Of a stretch of DNA of 64,000 nt, positions 1-9,280 are shown piece by piece (the first letter of the stretch is position 1; each line of letters starts with the position of its first letter). The position numbers and the translations under genes were made by a program. The notes beneath the pieces are model-generated. The model was not told the DNA's origin. It did not search any database and saw only the letters and a program-made list of their open reading frames with translations. The stretch is taken from positions 16,967-80,966 of IMG/VR virus record IMGVR_UViG_3300042350_003822, one strand, 5' to 3'. This stretch comes from a virus.

Positions 1-352
1 ATGGAACCATGGAAACAGATGTCAGTGTATAGAGATCGTTCAATGCAATCTGATAACGGATATTGAACATATCATCAGACGTCATTGATGGATCGCCAAT
101 AGAAAACACGTTTACCGCCCCCAGAACGTTCTCTGGCAGCGTAATGTACTTGTTGTTCATGTCTTGCTGAGTGACCTGATGCTTGTAGTAGATCTTCTCG
201 GTGCCATCAAAGTGGTAGTCCCAGTAGTACTTCAAAGCCTCGTCGATGCGATCTTCGACTTGATCGTCGTCGACGTTGATTTCGATTACGGGTTTACCTA
301 GCTTACGAAGGCAATATTCTTTGAAAGCAGCTCTTGTTGTAGGTACAGCCAT
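1..352 (-). CDS. gp13: T4-like neck protein gp13, N-terminal part (runs off window edge)
   Basis: Not in ORF track; manual translation from ATG at 352: MAVPTTRAAFKEYCLRKLGKPVIEINVDDDQVEDRIDEALKYYWDYHFDG, the typical gp13 N-terminus; late-promoter variant GATAAATA at 381-388. Confidence 0.92.
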   Translation of the reverse strand, partial: MAVPTTRAAFKEYCLRKLGKPVIEINVDDDQVEDRIDEALKYYWDYHFDGTEKIYYKHQVTQQDMNNKYITLPENVLGAVNVFSIGDPSMTSDDMFNIRYQIALNDLYTLTSVSMVP

Positions 353-383
353 TTTGATACATTCCTAGATTCGTTTCGTCTAT

Positions 384-953
384 TTATCGAAACTTAGGAC
401 CTTGAATCCACGATACCAGTGACCTACGCACGCCTTTAGTTACAGGAGTCACTCTATGAGTAAGAAACGAAGGGAAGACAACCACGGAGCCTTTTGCTCT
501 AATCTGATCTACAGGAAGCTGAGGGTGTTGAGGATCGAATTCGAAATTACCTCCCTCATAGTCGGAAGGATCAGACAGCTGAATCACAATTGAAAGTTTA
601 CGATCAAACGCTGTTGGGTTCGCCCAGAACGTATCGTGGTGCCAATCGTATTTGCCATTCTGCTCTGCAGTATACTTTGTGTACTGAATGTCTGGTAGAT
701 ATGTGATGTCAAATCCAAAAGCATTCCTATTGGCTTCGTTTGCATAATACCACAACACATCTGTGACAAACTTGCTCGGTCCATCATTGGGATTGATCCA
801 CCTGATCTCACTGGATCTGGCTCCCTCATTGTGTGTGGATCCATCAAACCCGAGGCCTGCATTGGCTGTAGGATATTGATCTCCAATATCTATAATGCTT
901 TTTATTTGATCATCTCTTAAAGATGCGTGCCAAAATTGCCATAACTGATTCAT
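384..953 (-). CDS. 2OG-Fe(II) oxygenase (prolyl-4-hydroxylase/PKHD-like)
   Basis: YDWHHD (HxD), RKLSIVIQLS...YEGG, FPSFLTHRVTPV, RRSLVSW motifs. Confidence 0.9.
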   Translation of the reverse strand: MNQLWQFWHASLRDDQIKSIIDIGDQYPTANAGLGFDGSTHNEGARSSEIRWINPNDGPSKFVTDVLWYYANEANRNAFGFDITYLPDIQYTKYTAEQNGKYDWHHDTFWANPTAFDRKLSIVIQLSDPSDYEGGNFEFDPQHPQLPVDQIRAKGSVVVFPSFLTHRVTPVTKGVRRSLVSWIQGPKFR

Positions 954-971
954 AATATACTTTCTTTATGA

Positions 972-1433
972 TTAGATATCAATCGACTCGAAGTCTACTT
1001 GTATATCTGCGGATGCCGTAACACCACCACTTGTTACGGTACAACGATAGATGCCGCTCTTCAATTGGCCGTTAGCAAGCGTGGTAGTGAAAGTAGTGGA
1101 GGCAGATGTTGAACTATTAATTGTATAACTATCGCCCGAGACAAGTGTCCAAGCGTAAGTATATCCCCCAGCACCTCCGGAGGCAGTCGCGGTTGCTGTC
1201 TCACTAGTAGCGCTACCGGCACCTGATCTAAGTGTATACAAGCTCCCCGGGCTAATAGATATAGTCGGGGCATTAGATTTACCGCGCAGATCAGATAATG
1301 AAATAGTACCGGACGCTATACCAGCCAGCGTACGTACATTTGCTTGATTCAAGGATATAGTCGCAGTTGACGATAATCCAAGCTCAACGTTGACGTTAGC
1401 TAGTGATATAGGTCCGGTAGTGGGTAATGTCAT
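972..1433 (-). CDS. Putative tail-fibre tip adhesin with Ig-like C-terminus
   Basis: N-terminus LPTTGPISLANVNVELG...GTISLSDLRGKS; YTYAW...YRCTVT Ig-like segment; lies downstream of an S74-type fibre. Confidence 0.6.
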   Translation of the reverse strand: MTLPTTGPISLANVNVELGLSSTATISLNQANVRTLAGIASGTISLSDLRGKSNAPTISISPGSLYTLRSGAGSATSETATATASGGAGGYTYAWTLVSGDSYTINSSTSASTTFTTTLANGQLKSGIYRCTVTSGGVTASADIQVDFESIDI

Positions 1434-1436
1434 CTA

Positions 1437-1640
1437 TTAACCTTGTGGTTGTCCTAGCTGTGCTTGTGCCTGCTGGAACAACTTCTTAAGCATTGGATCC
1501 ACCACACGGTGCGGAAGTTCTTGTAGTGCACCCATGATGATGTTCAATTCATTGACCTCTACAGTAAGATTTACAGTAGGAGCCTGAGGAGCCTGCTGGT
1601 TTTCAACAAGCTTCGGGTCGAGTTCTGGATTAGTAGCCAT
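1437..1640 (-). CDS. Small hypothetical protein in fibre cluster
   Basis: AGGAG SD, tight packing with neighbours, ELNIIMGALQELP motif. Confidence 0.7.
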   Translation of the reverse strand: MATNPELDPKLVENQQAPQAPTVNLTVEVNELNIIMGALQELPHRVVDPMLKKLFQQAQAQLGQPQG

Positions 1641-1657
1641 AATATATTCTCCTTAAA

Positions 1658-2044
1658 TTATGTATTGGCGGTTGTTGTTGAATTAGCATTTGGTTCGGCC
1701 CATGGTAGGGCACCGGCATTGACTTCAATCATTGGTTTGACGATTGCATCAATTTGTTTCTGAATCTGCTCATCAATGTGAGCCTTATAGCCAGGATTGC
1801 CGTTGACAACAGCTTGGATCCAGCTGAGAACTTGAACTTCGGTCAGATCTTCGTATGATGTAAAGTTATCAGCATCGACCTGATCTGGTTCAAAAGGTGT
1901 TGCCCCGTTAAATGTTCCGCTATTATTAGCTGTGTCTGTTCCTGTGCATTCCCAATATGTTTGGACGATGATGTCGTTGAGTTCTGCAGAAGGATCATCC
2001 TGCTTCTTTAGACTCTTAATCTTCCAAGTATATGTAAGTGTCAT
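1658..2044 (-). CDS. Putative tail-fibre-associated/assembly protein, paralog 1
   Basis: YTWKI...W...G...FTSYEDLTEVQVLSWI...LPW pattern shared with 8610-8933 and 8936-9280. Confidence 0.7.
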   Translation of the reverse strand: MTLTYTWKIKSLKKQDDPSAELNDIIVQTYWECTGTDTANNSGTFNGATPFEPDQVDADNFTSYEDLTEVQVLSWIQAVVNGNPGYKAHIDEQIQKQIDAIVKPMIEVNAGALPWAEPNANSTTTANT

Positions 2045-2046
2045 AA

Positions 2047-5000
2047 TTATTTATTCTCCAAAGAGTTGATTTTTTGTTCTAGTCTATTTATGTGCGCTTG
2101 CTGTTCCTTGATTGCTTCAATCAGAAGGCCAACCATATTGCCGTAGCGAACCGCTTTGAAGTTTTCGGTGCCTTCTACATCTGTAGCAGTATATATCACC
2201 TCAGGTAGAACCTTTTCTACTTCTTGGGCAATCACCCCAGTAGAACGGCTGCCATCCTTCTTATAGTTAAAGTTTACACCGTTGAGTGTAAGTAGCTTCT
2301 CAAGAGCGTTTGGAATGTTCTCTATATTATATTTTAGATTTATATCGGATGGAGAACCATATGCTGTAATGTTACCCGAAGCAATAATGTCGCCGCCGTT
2401 TGTCAATGCACTAACAGCACTACCGCTTCTATTTCCAGCGTGAACACGGACACCATTTGAGAATCGCATTGCGCAATAACCATCATTCAAGTCAACAATG
2501 TCACCATCGTCAGCAAGAATAATTCCATTGCCACCAACGTTACCACCTGAAACATGTATGCCGCCAGCAACATACATTGCGTTACTAGCCGTACTTGCAG
2601 GATCAAGATAATAAGCAGTGTTATTACTATCGTAAAAAATAGGTGCTCGTGTGTCCCCTGCTGCACTTAAAATACCACCAGTTGTGAGTGATGCGGTGGT
2701 AGCATATCCAGTTTGATTACGGAAAAGTATAGTGCCGGTATGATCAATATAATTGGTACCAGATGCGCTTAGGTTCAATTCAGCAAAAAGAGTAAGAGTA
2801 CTTAAAACGCTTTCTGAGTCAGCATCGACGTAATATCCGGTATTATTATTGTCTTTAAAAACTGTTGCTCTTAATTCCGCGCCGTATGCATTGTCATAAA
2901 GTGCAATTCTGCTCCATGCAGTCGAGCCAGATCCACTTGTAGATCTGTAGAATACTCCTTGGTCATAAAAAGTAGACGCAAATTGCATTGAATAGTAGTT
3001 GGCATCATTGGAGTGAGTTGTGGCAAGTAAATGGTGCCAGCTACCAGAATTCGTAGGCCATCCTTCAGCAAGAGTGCCACTATCGTGTTCGTAGAAGCCC
3101 GAGTCTACTCGGGTTGTAATGTCGGCTCTACTGGTAGCATCCCCAGCGAATGTTGGAGTGATAGCTGATGTAGCAGTGGTGGCAGATGTCGCGGAACCAC
3201 TAATGTTCATTGTCTGACCGCTGATAAACGTAGCTATGGATGCGGCTGTACCCGAGCGGTAATAATTGTCGCCAGCCTTAACCATTACAGCGCTTACGCC
3301 AGAGCTCACACTATTATCGGTAGAATTAAAATAGTTATTGAAGATGTATCCGTTACCATCGGCCGCCACAACTCGGTTAGCTACAGCCGCACTTGCAGAT
3401 GGTGTTAGCCCCCCAACCGTTGCAGCATTGCCAGTAACACTAATACCCCAAGTACCGGATGCACCAGTACCTGTTAGAGTTGGTGCATAGCTATTGTAGT
3501 TAGCATTGGTTAATACAGTTTTAAATGCGGTCCATGTTGAGCTATCAGTCTTGTTTCTAAACTGCATTGACCCACCATAGGTAAATGTCATTTGAAGCGG
3601 ACCTAGAGAACCTCCTGCATTAAATACGAGTATTCCCTGACTATCTGAAGGATTAATCTGAGTATAAAAACCATTCAAAGTAGCAGTATCTATACTAGCC
3701 TGAAGTACACTACCCCTATTAACCATGTAACTACTAAAGTCAGATAGACTACCAGCGCTACCGGTAACATTAATTGCCCAATTGCCAGATGCGTCTCCAC
3801 CTGTGCGTGTTGGTACGTTTAACGATGCTCTGAAACCAGTAGCATCGTTTTTACGTATGTAATTGTCAGAAGAAGAATAGAAAACTGAATCCGTTGTAGC
3901 TCCTGACGCGCCGTGAGACATATTGAAATATTCGGCAAACCCATATCGTCTATAATCATCACCATTGCTATCTCTCTGCACAATATGGTTAGCTGTAGCA
4001 GCTGTGCCAATATTACCCGCAGATAGCGAACCTGGGAAAGTGGTATTACCACTACCATCTAGTAAAGTAGCCGTGCGAATAAGTGTAGAGAATACACCAG
4101 TGTACTGTCTTACGTAGATAGGCTCAGTACCATCATCAGCAGTCGCAATTTCAAGATATCCAGCATTCGTACCAGTAGCACCAATAAGAATACGAGCTTG
4201 GTCGTTGTCGCCCATATTTCCGCGTACAAGCTCAGCAGATGTAGTTCCTGTTACTGTTTTAACAACAGCTGCTGCTGATAATGTAGCAACGTTGGCAGAC
4301 AGCGTGCTGTTCAATTGATATGATGCAGCTGCAGTACCACCTAGGAAAGAAGCATTGTTAGCACTGATGGTAGCAATATAAGCGCTGTTGACAGTAATCG
4401 TGCCGCTAGTGTCAGTTAAGCCTGTGCTGAAAGTATAGGTTGTGTCATTATCAGCAGCCCAATATGCAGCTGTACCATTGGAGTGTAGAACTTGCCCAGC
4501 AGTTCCAAATCCACCATTTGCAGAAAGTCCTACCGACCCGAAAACCACGTTGCCAGAAAATGTGGTGATGCCAGCTACCGCAAGGGTTGAAGAGACGTTA
4601 GCAAACCCAGTAATCGTGGTATTGCCGGCAGCAAGAGTAGTAATACCCGATGCTGCACCAGCAGCTACAAGCGATGAGATAGCAAGTGGCTGGCTATTGG
4701 TAGACCAGCGATCGTTTGTTTCATCCCAGATGAATTGAACGTTAGCAGACGTCCCACGCATGATCTCGATGCCAGCATTCTCGGATGGAGCTGCTTCACC
4801 CAGATCTGCATTCAGAGTAAGTATATTATCACCAACGTCAATTGTTGTGGTGTTAACATACGTTCTAGTTCCTGAAACAGTCAGGTTGCCAGATAGCGTC
4901 AGGTCTGTAATTGAAAGCGCAGAGTTAACATGAATGCCAGCTGTGTTGACAGTCAGTGTCGAACCAGTTGTGACTCCGAGAGTTCCTGTCGATGTAATAG

Positions 5001-7377
5001 GTCCACCAGAAAGTCCATTTGCAGTGGCAATAGAGGTGACTGTACCAAGATACTGATCCGCCGAGCTAATAATAATGTGAGTAGCATTTGACGATATATT
5101 AGAAGTACCTGACCCCGTAAACGTCACATCATCGTTTGCGTTACTCGAGTCTTTCAATCTCAGTATGCCGGCGTTGACTGCAGTGTTAGCTACAGCAAGA
5201 AGGTCGTATGTTGTATCCCCATCTGTGTCCCAATAAATGGTCGTGCCATTAGAATGTAGTACTTGGCCAGCAGTCCCAATTCCGCCATTAGCATCCAATC
5301 CAACTGCAGTTCCGACAACTAAACGCGTAGTATTGGCAATAAACGATGTGCCCACAGAAAGAGTAGCTGAGTTGACAGATGATGTCGCATTGACAAAACC
5401 CGTAACAGTAGTATTAGCAAAAAGAGTTGTACCGGATGTTCCGTATCTTGCAAAATAAGACGCGCCTGAACCGATAGCAACGCCACCATTATTCCCTGGT
5501 GGGTTAAACTCGACGAATCCTTGCTGAGTAGAATCTGTTACAAGACCCAAGCGTGATGATGCAGTTGTCCAGTCGAGTGTAGCGCTTGTTGTATTACTTC
5601 TATACGAAAGTACTTTTATTTTGTTAGAGTTGCTATTAATACCAATAAAATCTGCATAGGAATGCGCTGGTAAAATAAAAATATTGCCCGTTCCCGCAGA
5701 AGTAATATTAACATTACTTGTTCCAGCGAGAGCTGCAGATATTGATGTATGCAGCGTTACAGAGTTTACAGTTCGAGCATTCACGTAGTATGATATAGAA
5801 GTAGAAGTACCCCCGGGAGATGTACCATCAGTACGAAGAACGACAAATTGACCATTGCTCCATCCGTGATTTGATGCAGTAGATATTATATCTGTTATAG
5901 TATCCACAGCGGAAACGTTAGCCACCGCTCCAAGCGCGCCGAGTGTTGTACTGGTTTGTACTGTAAAAATAGACTCTGAATTAGCTGTTGAACCAACAGC
6001 AACTTTATTAGAACCTGAATCTACAAAAAGCGTGCCCGAGTCTACGTTTAATGCGTTAAGAACAGAAGTAGAAGCAGGATCAATATAAAACGAAGTATCT
6101 GCGCTGTCGTAGAAGATTGGCGCGCGCATATCATTAGCAGCAATAACAGCACCAGCAGAAGTAATGCGCATACGCTCAGTTAGGGTGCCGGTCGTAGCGG
6201 CGGATGTATTGAACACCATCGACATTCGCCCACCATTGGCGATGTCAGAAATTGCGTCAATAGAACCTTGAATTTTTGGACCAACGTCTGATGTGTCGGC
6301 AGAATAAAAACTAAAACGACCCCAAGGCGAGGTGGTCGAAAAATCGCTCGCAACAGTAGTAGTAGAAATCCGCATTTCTGTTGGCGTCGGCGTAGCCGAA
6401 CCGGTGGCACTTGAAACTTCAAAATTAACAGCTGGTGTTGTTGTGTTAACACCGACTCTATTATTTGTACCATCAACAAAAAGGAGACCCGAATCAAAGT
6501 TTGCATTAGCAGCAAATGTTGCAACACCGCCAACCTGCAACGTTGTTGATACGTTAGCAAAACCTGTGATGGAAGTATTGCCAGCAGCAAGGGTGGTAAC
6601 GCCGGATAGAGAACCAGCCATTGTAATAGTACCGGCATTGATATCCCACCTTCTAGTAGTAGCACCGAAGGACTTGCCTTCATTATTTGATGCGGGGAAT
6701 ATACCGGATGTATTACCGATAAAGAAATTAGTCGTATTACCTACTCTAAGCTGTGCTGAGTCCGATACAACATTAACAAAACCTGTGATGGAAGTATTGC
6801 CAAGACTCAATGAACGAGCGGTTATTGTTAATGATCCATTTCCCGATACACCCGAACCCCCGCTGGCGGCAATACGCGCATCAAAATCAACGGCGGTCGC
6901 GCCAGTGTTGAAATCTATGTAAGGAAAAGTGGCAGTACCACTAGTATTACCCAATGATATTGAACCACCAGAATCGGTTGCTATTACTACTTTACCAGAA
7001 CCTGACGCAGTAGTAATATTGCCGGTAGTGTTGATAAATCCAGTAATCGTAGTATTGCCAGCTGCGAGCGTAGTAATACCAGACGCTGCTCCAGCAAGAG
7101 CAAGCGATGTAATCGATAATGCAGAGTTGACATGAATACCTTGAGTGTTAACTGTCAGTGTCGAACCCGATACAACACCAATCGTGCCGGTTGTGGTAAT
7201 AGGTCCACCCGAAAGTCCATTTGCTGTTGCAATAGATGTTACGCCTTGGTCGTCTGTTGACCAATATGTAGCAGTTCCATTACTGTGAAGTGTTTCACCT
7301 GCAGATCCAATTAGGCCATTAGCAATAAGGCCTTTTACACTAATAGGGTTGAAGAAATGCTTTGTATCTTTAGCCAT
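2047..7377 (-). CDS. Long tail fibre (1776 aa) with C-terminal peptidase S74 intramolecular chaperone
   Basis: G/T/A/N-rich repeats, RAPIFYDS..T.YY.DP repeats, C-terminal SDINLKYNI...GVIAQEVEKVLPE...YGNMVGLLIEAIKE coiled coil. Confidence 0.9.
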   Translation of the reverse strand: MAKDTKHFFNPISVKGLIANGLIGSAGETLHSNGTATYWSTDDQGVTSIATANGLSGGPITTTGTIGVVSGSTLTVNTQGIHVNSALSITSLALAGAASGITTLAAGNTTITGFINTTGNITTASGSGKVVIATDSGGSISLGNTSGTATFPYIDFNTGATAVDFDARIAASGGSGVSGNGSLTITARSLSLGNTSITGFVNVVSDSAQLRVGNTTNFFIGNTSGIFPASNNEGKSFGATTRRWDINAGTITMAGSLSGVTTLAAGNTSITGFANVSTTLQVGGVATFAANANFDSGLLFVDGTNNRVGVNTTTPAVNFEVSSATGSATPTPTEMRISTTTVASDFSTTSPWGRFSFYSADTSDVGPKIQGSIDAISDIANGGRMSMVFNTSAATTGTLTERMRITSAGAVIAANDMRAPIFYDSADTSFYIDPASTSVLNALNVDSGTLFVDSGSNKVAVGSTANSESIFTVQTSTTLGALGAVANVSAVDTITDIISTASNHGWSNGQFVVLRTDGTSPGGTSTSISYYVNARTVNSVTLHTSISAALAGTSNVNITSAGTGNIFILPAHSYADFIGINSNSNKIKVLSYRSNTTSATLDWTTASSRLGLVTDSTQQGFVEFNPPGNNGGVAIGSGASYFARYGTSGTTLFANTTVTGFVNATSSVNSATLSVGTSFIANTTRLVVGTAVGLDANGGIGTAGQVLHSNGTTIYWDTDGDTTYDLLAVANTAVNAGILRLKDSSNANDDVTFTGSGTSNISSNATHIIISSADQYLGTVTSIATANGLSGGPITSTGTLGVTTGSTLTVNTAGIHVNSALSITDLTLSGNLTVSGTRTYVNTTTIDVGDNILTLNADLGEAAPSENAGIEIMRGTSANVQFIWDETNDRWSTNSQPLAISSLVAAGAASGITTLAAGNTTITGFANVSSTLAVAGITTFSGNVVFGSVGLSANGGFGTAGQVLHSNGTAAYWAADNDTTYTFSTGLTDTSGTITVNSAYIATISANNASFLGGTAAASYQLNSTLSANVATLSAAAVVKTVTGTTSAELVRGNMGDNDQARILIGATGTNAGYLEIATADDGTEPIYVRQYTGVFSTLIRTATLLDGSGNTTFPGSLSAGNIGTAATANHIVQRDSNGDDYRRYGFAEYFNMSHGASGATTDSVFYSSSDNYIRKNDATGFRASLNVPTRTGGDASGNWAINVTGSAGSLSDFSSYMVNRGSVLQASIDTATLNGFYTQINPSDSQGILVFNAGGSLGPLQMTFTYGGSMQFRNKTDSSTWTAFKTVLTNANYNSYAPTLTGTGASGTWGISVTGNAATVGGLTPSASAAVANRVVAADGNGYIFNNYFNSTDNSVSSGVSAVMVKAGDNYYRSGTAASIATFISGQTMNISGSATSATTATSAITPTFAGDATSRADITTRVDSGFYEHDSGTLAEGWPTNSGSWHHLLATTHSNDANYYSMQFASTFYDQGVFYRSTSGSGSTAWSRIALYDNAYGAELRATVFKDNNNTGYYVDADSESVLSTLTLFAELNLSASGTNYIDHTGTILFRNQTGYATTASLTTGGILSAAGDTRAPIFYDSNNTAYYLDPASTASNAMYVAGGIHVSGGNVGGNGIILADDGDIVDLNDGYCAMRFSNGVRVHAGNRSGSAVSALTNGGDIIASGNITAYGSPSDINLKYNIENIPNALEKLLTLNGVNFNYKKDGSRSTGVIAQEVEKVLPEVIYTATDVEGTENFKAVRYGNMVGLLIEAIKEQQAHINRLEQKINSLENK

Positions 7378-8596
7378 TTGTTAACTCAATCAGTGTTGTG
7401 TTGCTTACTGGAACGGGAACGTAGCTAAACTCAAATGGTATAGTCTGAAAGTCGATCTCTGATACTTCGGTATAATAGACAGCGGTCTGTTGAACAGCAG
7501 CAGCTCCATTATAGCTATATATCGTTACACCAGAAGTATATGAATATGCTAGTTTATTTGTTAGCTGCTGAGGCCCAACGTTTACTGTGTTTATGAAAAC
7601 GTTATTGGACGCGTCTACGTGGACTCTATTAGAGTTCATCACAGCAACATTGGATCCTGCAGCGACACTTGACCACTTAAAGTAGAATGTGCCGTTAGAC
7701 TGATTATAGGTCTCGAACGGATTAAACTGCTTAATAGAAGGTGTTCTATACTGTAGTTCAGTTCCTACAACACCAAAGCCATATGAAACATACACTGTGT
7801 TGGATGTGGCTGTAAAGTCAATATTGTAAGTAGTCTCTGTCGTAGTGACTTCCTGAATAGCAATGTCTTCAGCAGCAATGGAAGTTCCAATCGAGATCGC
7901 AGCTGCCTGTCCTCTAACCGCACTACCACTATAAACAACTGTAGAAGGAACAAAGAAAGCGCTCGCCTGCACTCTGTAGCGCTGGTTCGGAACAACGTCT
8001 AATTCAAGGTACTGAGAATTTCTGTGTTGACCTGACGACCTTATTACTGTATAATCTCCATTGGATTCTTTCGAGGAACCATTGTAAGAGATAAGACTGT
8101 TTGCGCTATACAACTCAGCTCCAGTCATTTCAGGGCCTAGAACATCGGTCGTGACATATTCAGATGTGTTGCCAAAGAAGTTGTTATTGGCAGCTCTGAT
8201 AGTCATGTTGTTTGCGCCGCCCTGGAAGTAGATTCCTACCCCTTCGGTGTGCCTGATATTCTTTCCACTGACTGTATGCTCTGCATAGAGATTAGCAGGT
8301 GTAATTGTTTTCACCATAGTGAAAGTGGTAGGATATACTGTAGGGGTACACTTTATCTCCCCAACATAGTTGTTGATAGATGTTGTAATCTCGTCTGGTC
8401 TAGTACCACTTACAGAAATACTATCCTGAGTCTCGGAGGTAGTAATCCCATCTGTAGTAATTACCATCTGCGATACAGAAGAGTCACTCCCAGACACCAC
8501 ATGAATGTCCAGGGTGACCATCTTCTCTGTGGCAAGATCAAAAGTATCTAGCACATGAGCTGATAATGAATTTGCTACGTAGGTTATAGTTGTCAT
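7370..8596 (-). CDS. Putative virion protein, beta-rich, possible carbohydrate-binding domain
   Basis: 408-aa ORF overlapping the fibre gene start; LDVVPNQRYRV...YNIDFTATS resembles CBM-like jelly roll. Confidence 0.55.
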   Translation of the reverse strand: MTTITYVANSLSAHVLDTFDLATEKMVTLDIHVVSGSDSSVSQMVITTDGITTSETQDSISVSGTRPDEITTSINNYVGEIKCTPTVYPTTFTMVKTITPANLYAEHTVSGKNIRHTEGVGIYFQGGANNMTIRAANNNFFGNTSEYVTTDVLGPEMTGAELYSANSLISYNGSSKESNGDYTVIRSSGQHRNSQYLELDVVPNQRYRVQASAFFVPSTVVYSGSAVRGQAAAISIGTSIAAEDIAIQEVTTTETTYNIDFTATSNTVYVSYGFGVVGTELQYRTPSIKQFNPFETYNQSNGTFYFKWSSVAAGSNVAVMNSNRVHVDASNNVFINTVNVGPQQLTNKLAYSYTSGVTIYSYNGAAAVQQTAVYYTEVSEIDFQTIPFEFSYVPVPVSNTTLIELTNG

Positions 8597-8609
8597 CTAA
8601 TTAGATTCT

Positions 8610-8933
8610 TTACCATGGTAACGCCGGCGTTATAACAGTGGGGTAGATCTGGCTTGTGATCTGCCCAGCGATATCGGCTTCATATGCCACAATTTTTTCC
8701 TCTCCTAAGGTGCTCTGCACCCACTCAATTACTTGGGTCTCTGTAAGATCTGCATAGGGAGTAAAGGGGCTACCTTCGACCAATGACACGCCTGTCGAGT
8801 CGTATACCGATCCAATATATGTGCCGTCGATACCAGTCAGTGTCCAGTGAACGTTGAAGACCACATCGGTCATACCATCGAGTTCGGGGTAGGCGTCCAT
8901 CTGCAAAATAGCCCAAGTGTTAGTAATAGTCAT
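8610..8933 (-). CDS. Putative tail-fibre-associated/assembly protein, paralog 2
   Basis: Likely start ATG 8933 (MTITNTWAILQMD), just after stop of upstream paralog; FTPYADLTETQVIEWV...PALPW. Confidence 0.75.
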   Translation of the reverse strand: MTITNTWAILQMDAYPELDGMTDVVFNVHWTLTGIDGTYIGSVYDSTGVSLVEGSPFTPYADLTETQVIEWVQSTLGEEKIVAYEADIAGQITSQIYPTVITPALPW

Positions 8934-8935
8934 TG

Positions 8936-9280
8936 TTAGGAGCTCCATGGTAAAGGAGGAGTGGTAGTTGGTGGGTTGGCGAGGTTCTGAATCTGAAGAG
9001 TTAAGTTGGATTCGTATGCCGCGGCCTGCTCTGCTCTCAGCGCGCTCTTGACCCACTCGATCACCTGCTCTTGCGTCAGGTCAGCATAAGGAGTAAACGG
9101 GGTGCTTGAATTGATGGGGATGTTTACTGTGCCATGTATAGAAGCCAAATGCACATTGTCCGTTCCAGTTAAAAGCCAACCAATGGTATACACCACGTTT
9201 TGCTCACCAGCTACCTCTGAGTAGCACTCGAGATTAGTAATTGACCACGTCTTTGTAATTTGTGTCATTTTGACCTCCAA
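8936..9280 (-). CDS. Putative tail-fibre-associated/assembly protein, paralog 3 (probable start ATG 9268)
   Basis: GGAGG SD before MTQITKTWSI; FTPYADLTQEQVIEWV...PPLPW. Confidence 0.75.
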   Translation of the reverse strand: MEVKMTQITKTWSITNLECYSEVAGEQNVVYTIGWLLTGTDNVHLASIHGTVNIPINSSTPFTPYADLTQEQVIEWVKSALRAEQAAAYESNLTLQIQNLANPPTTTPPLPWSS

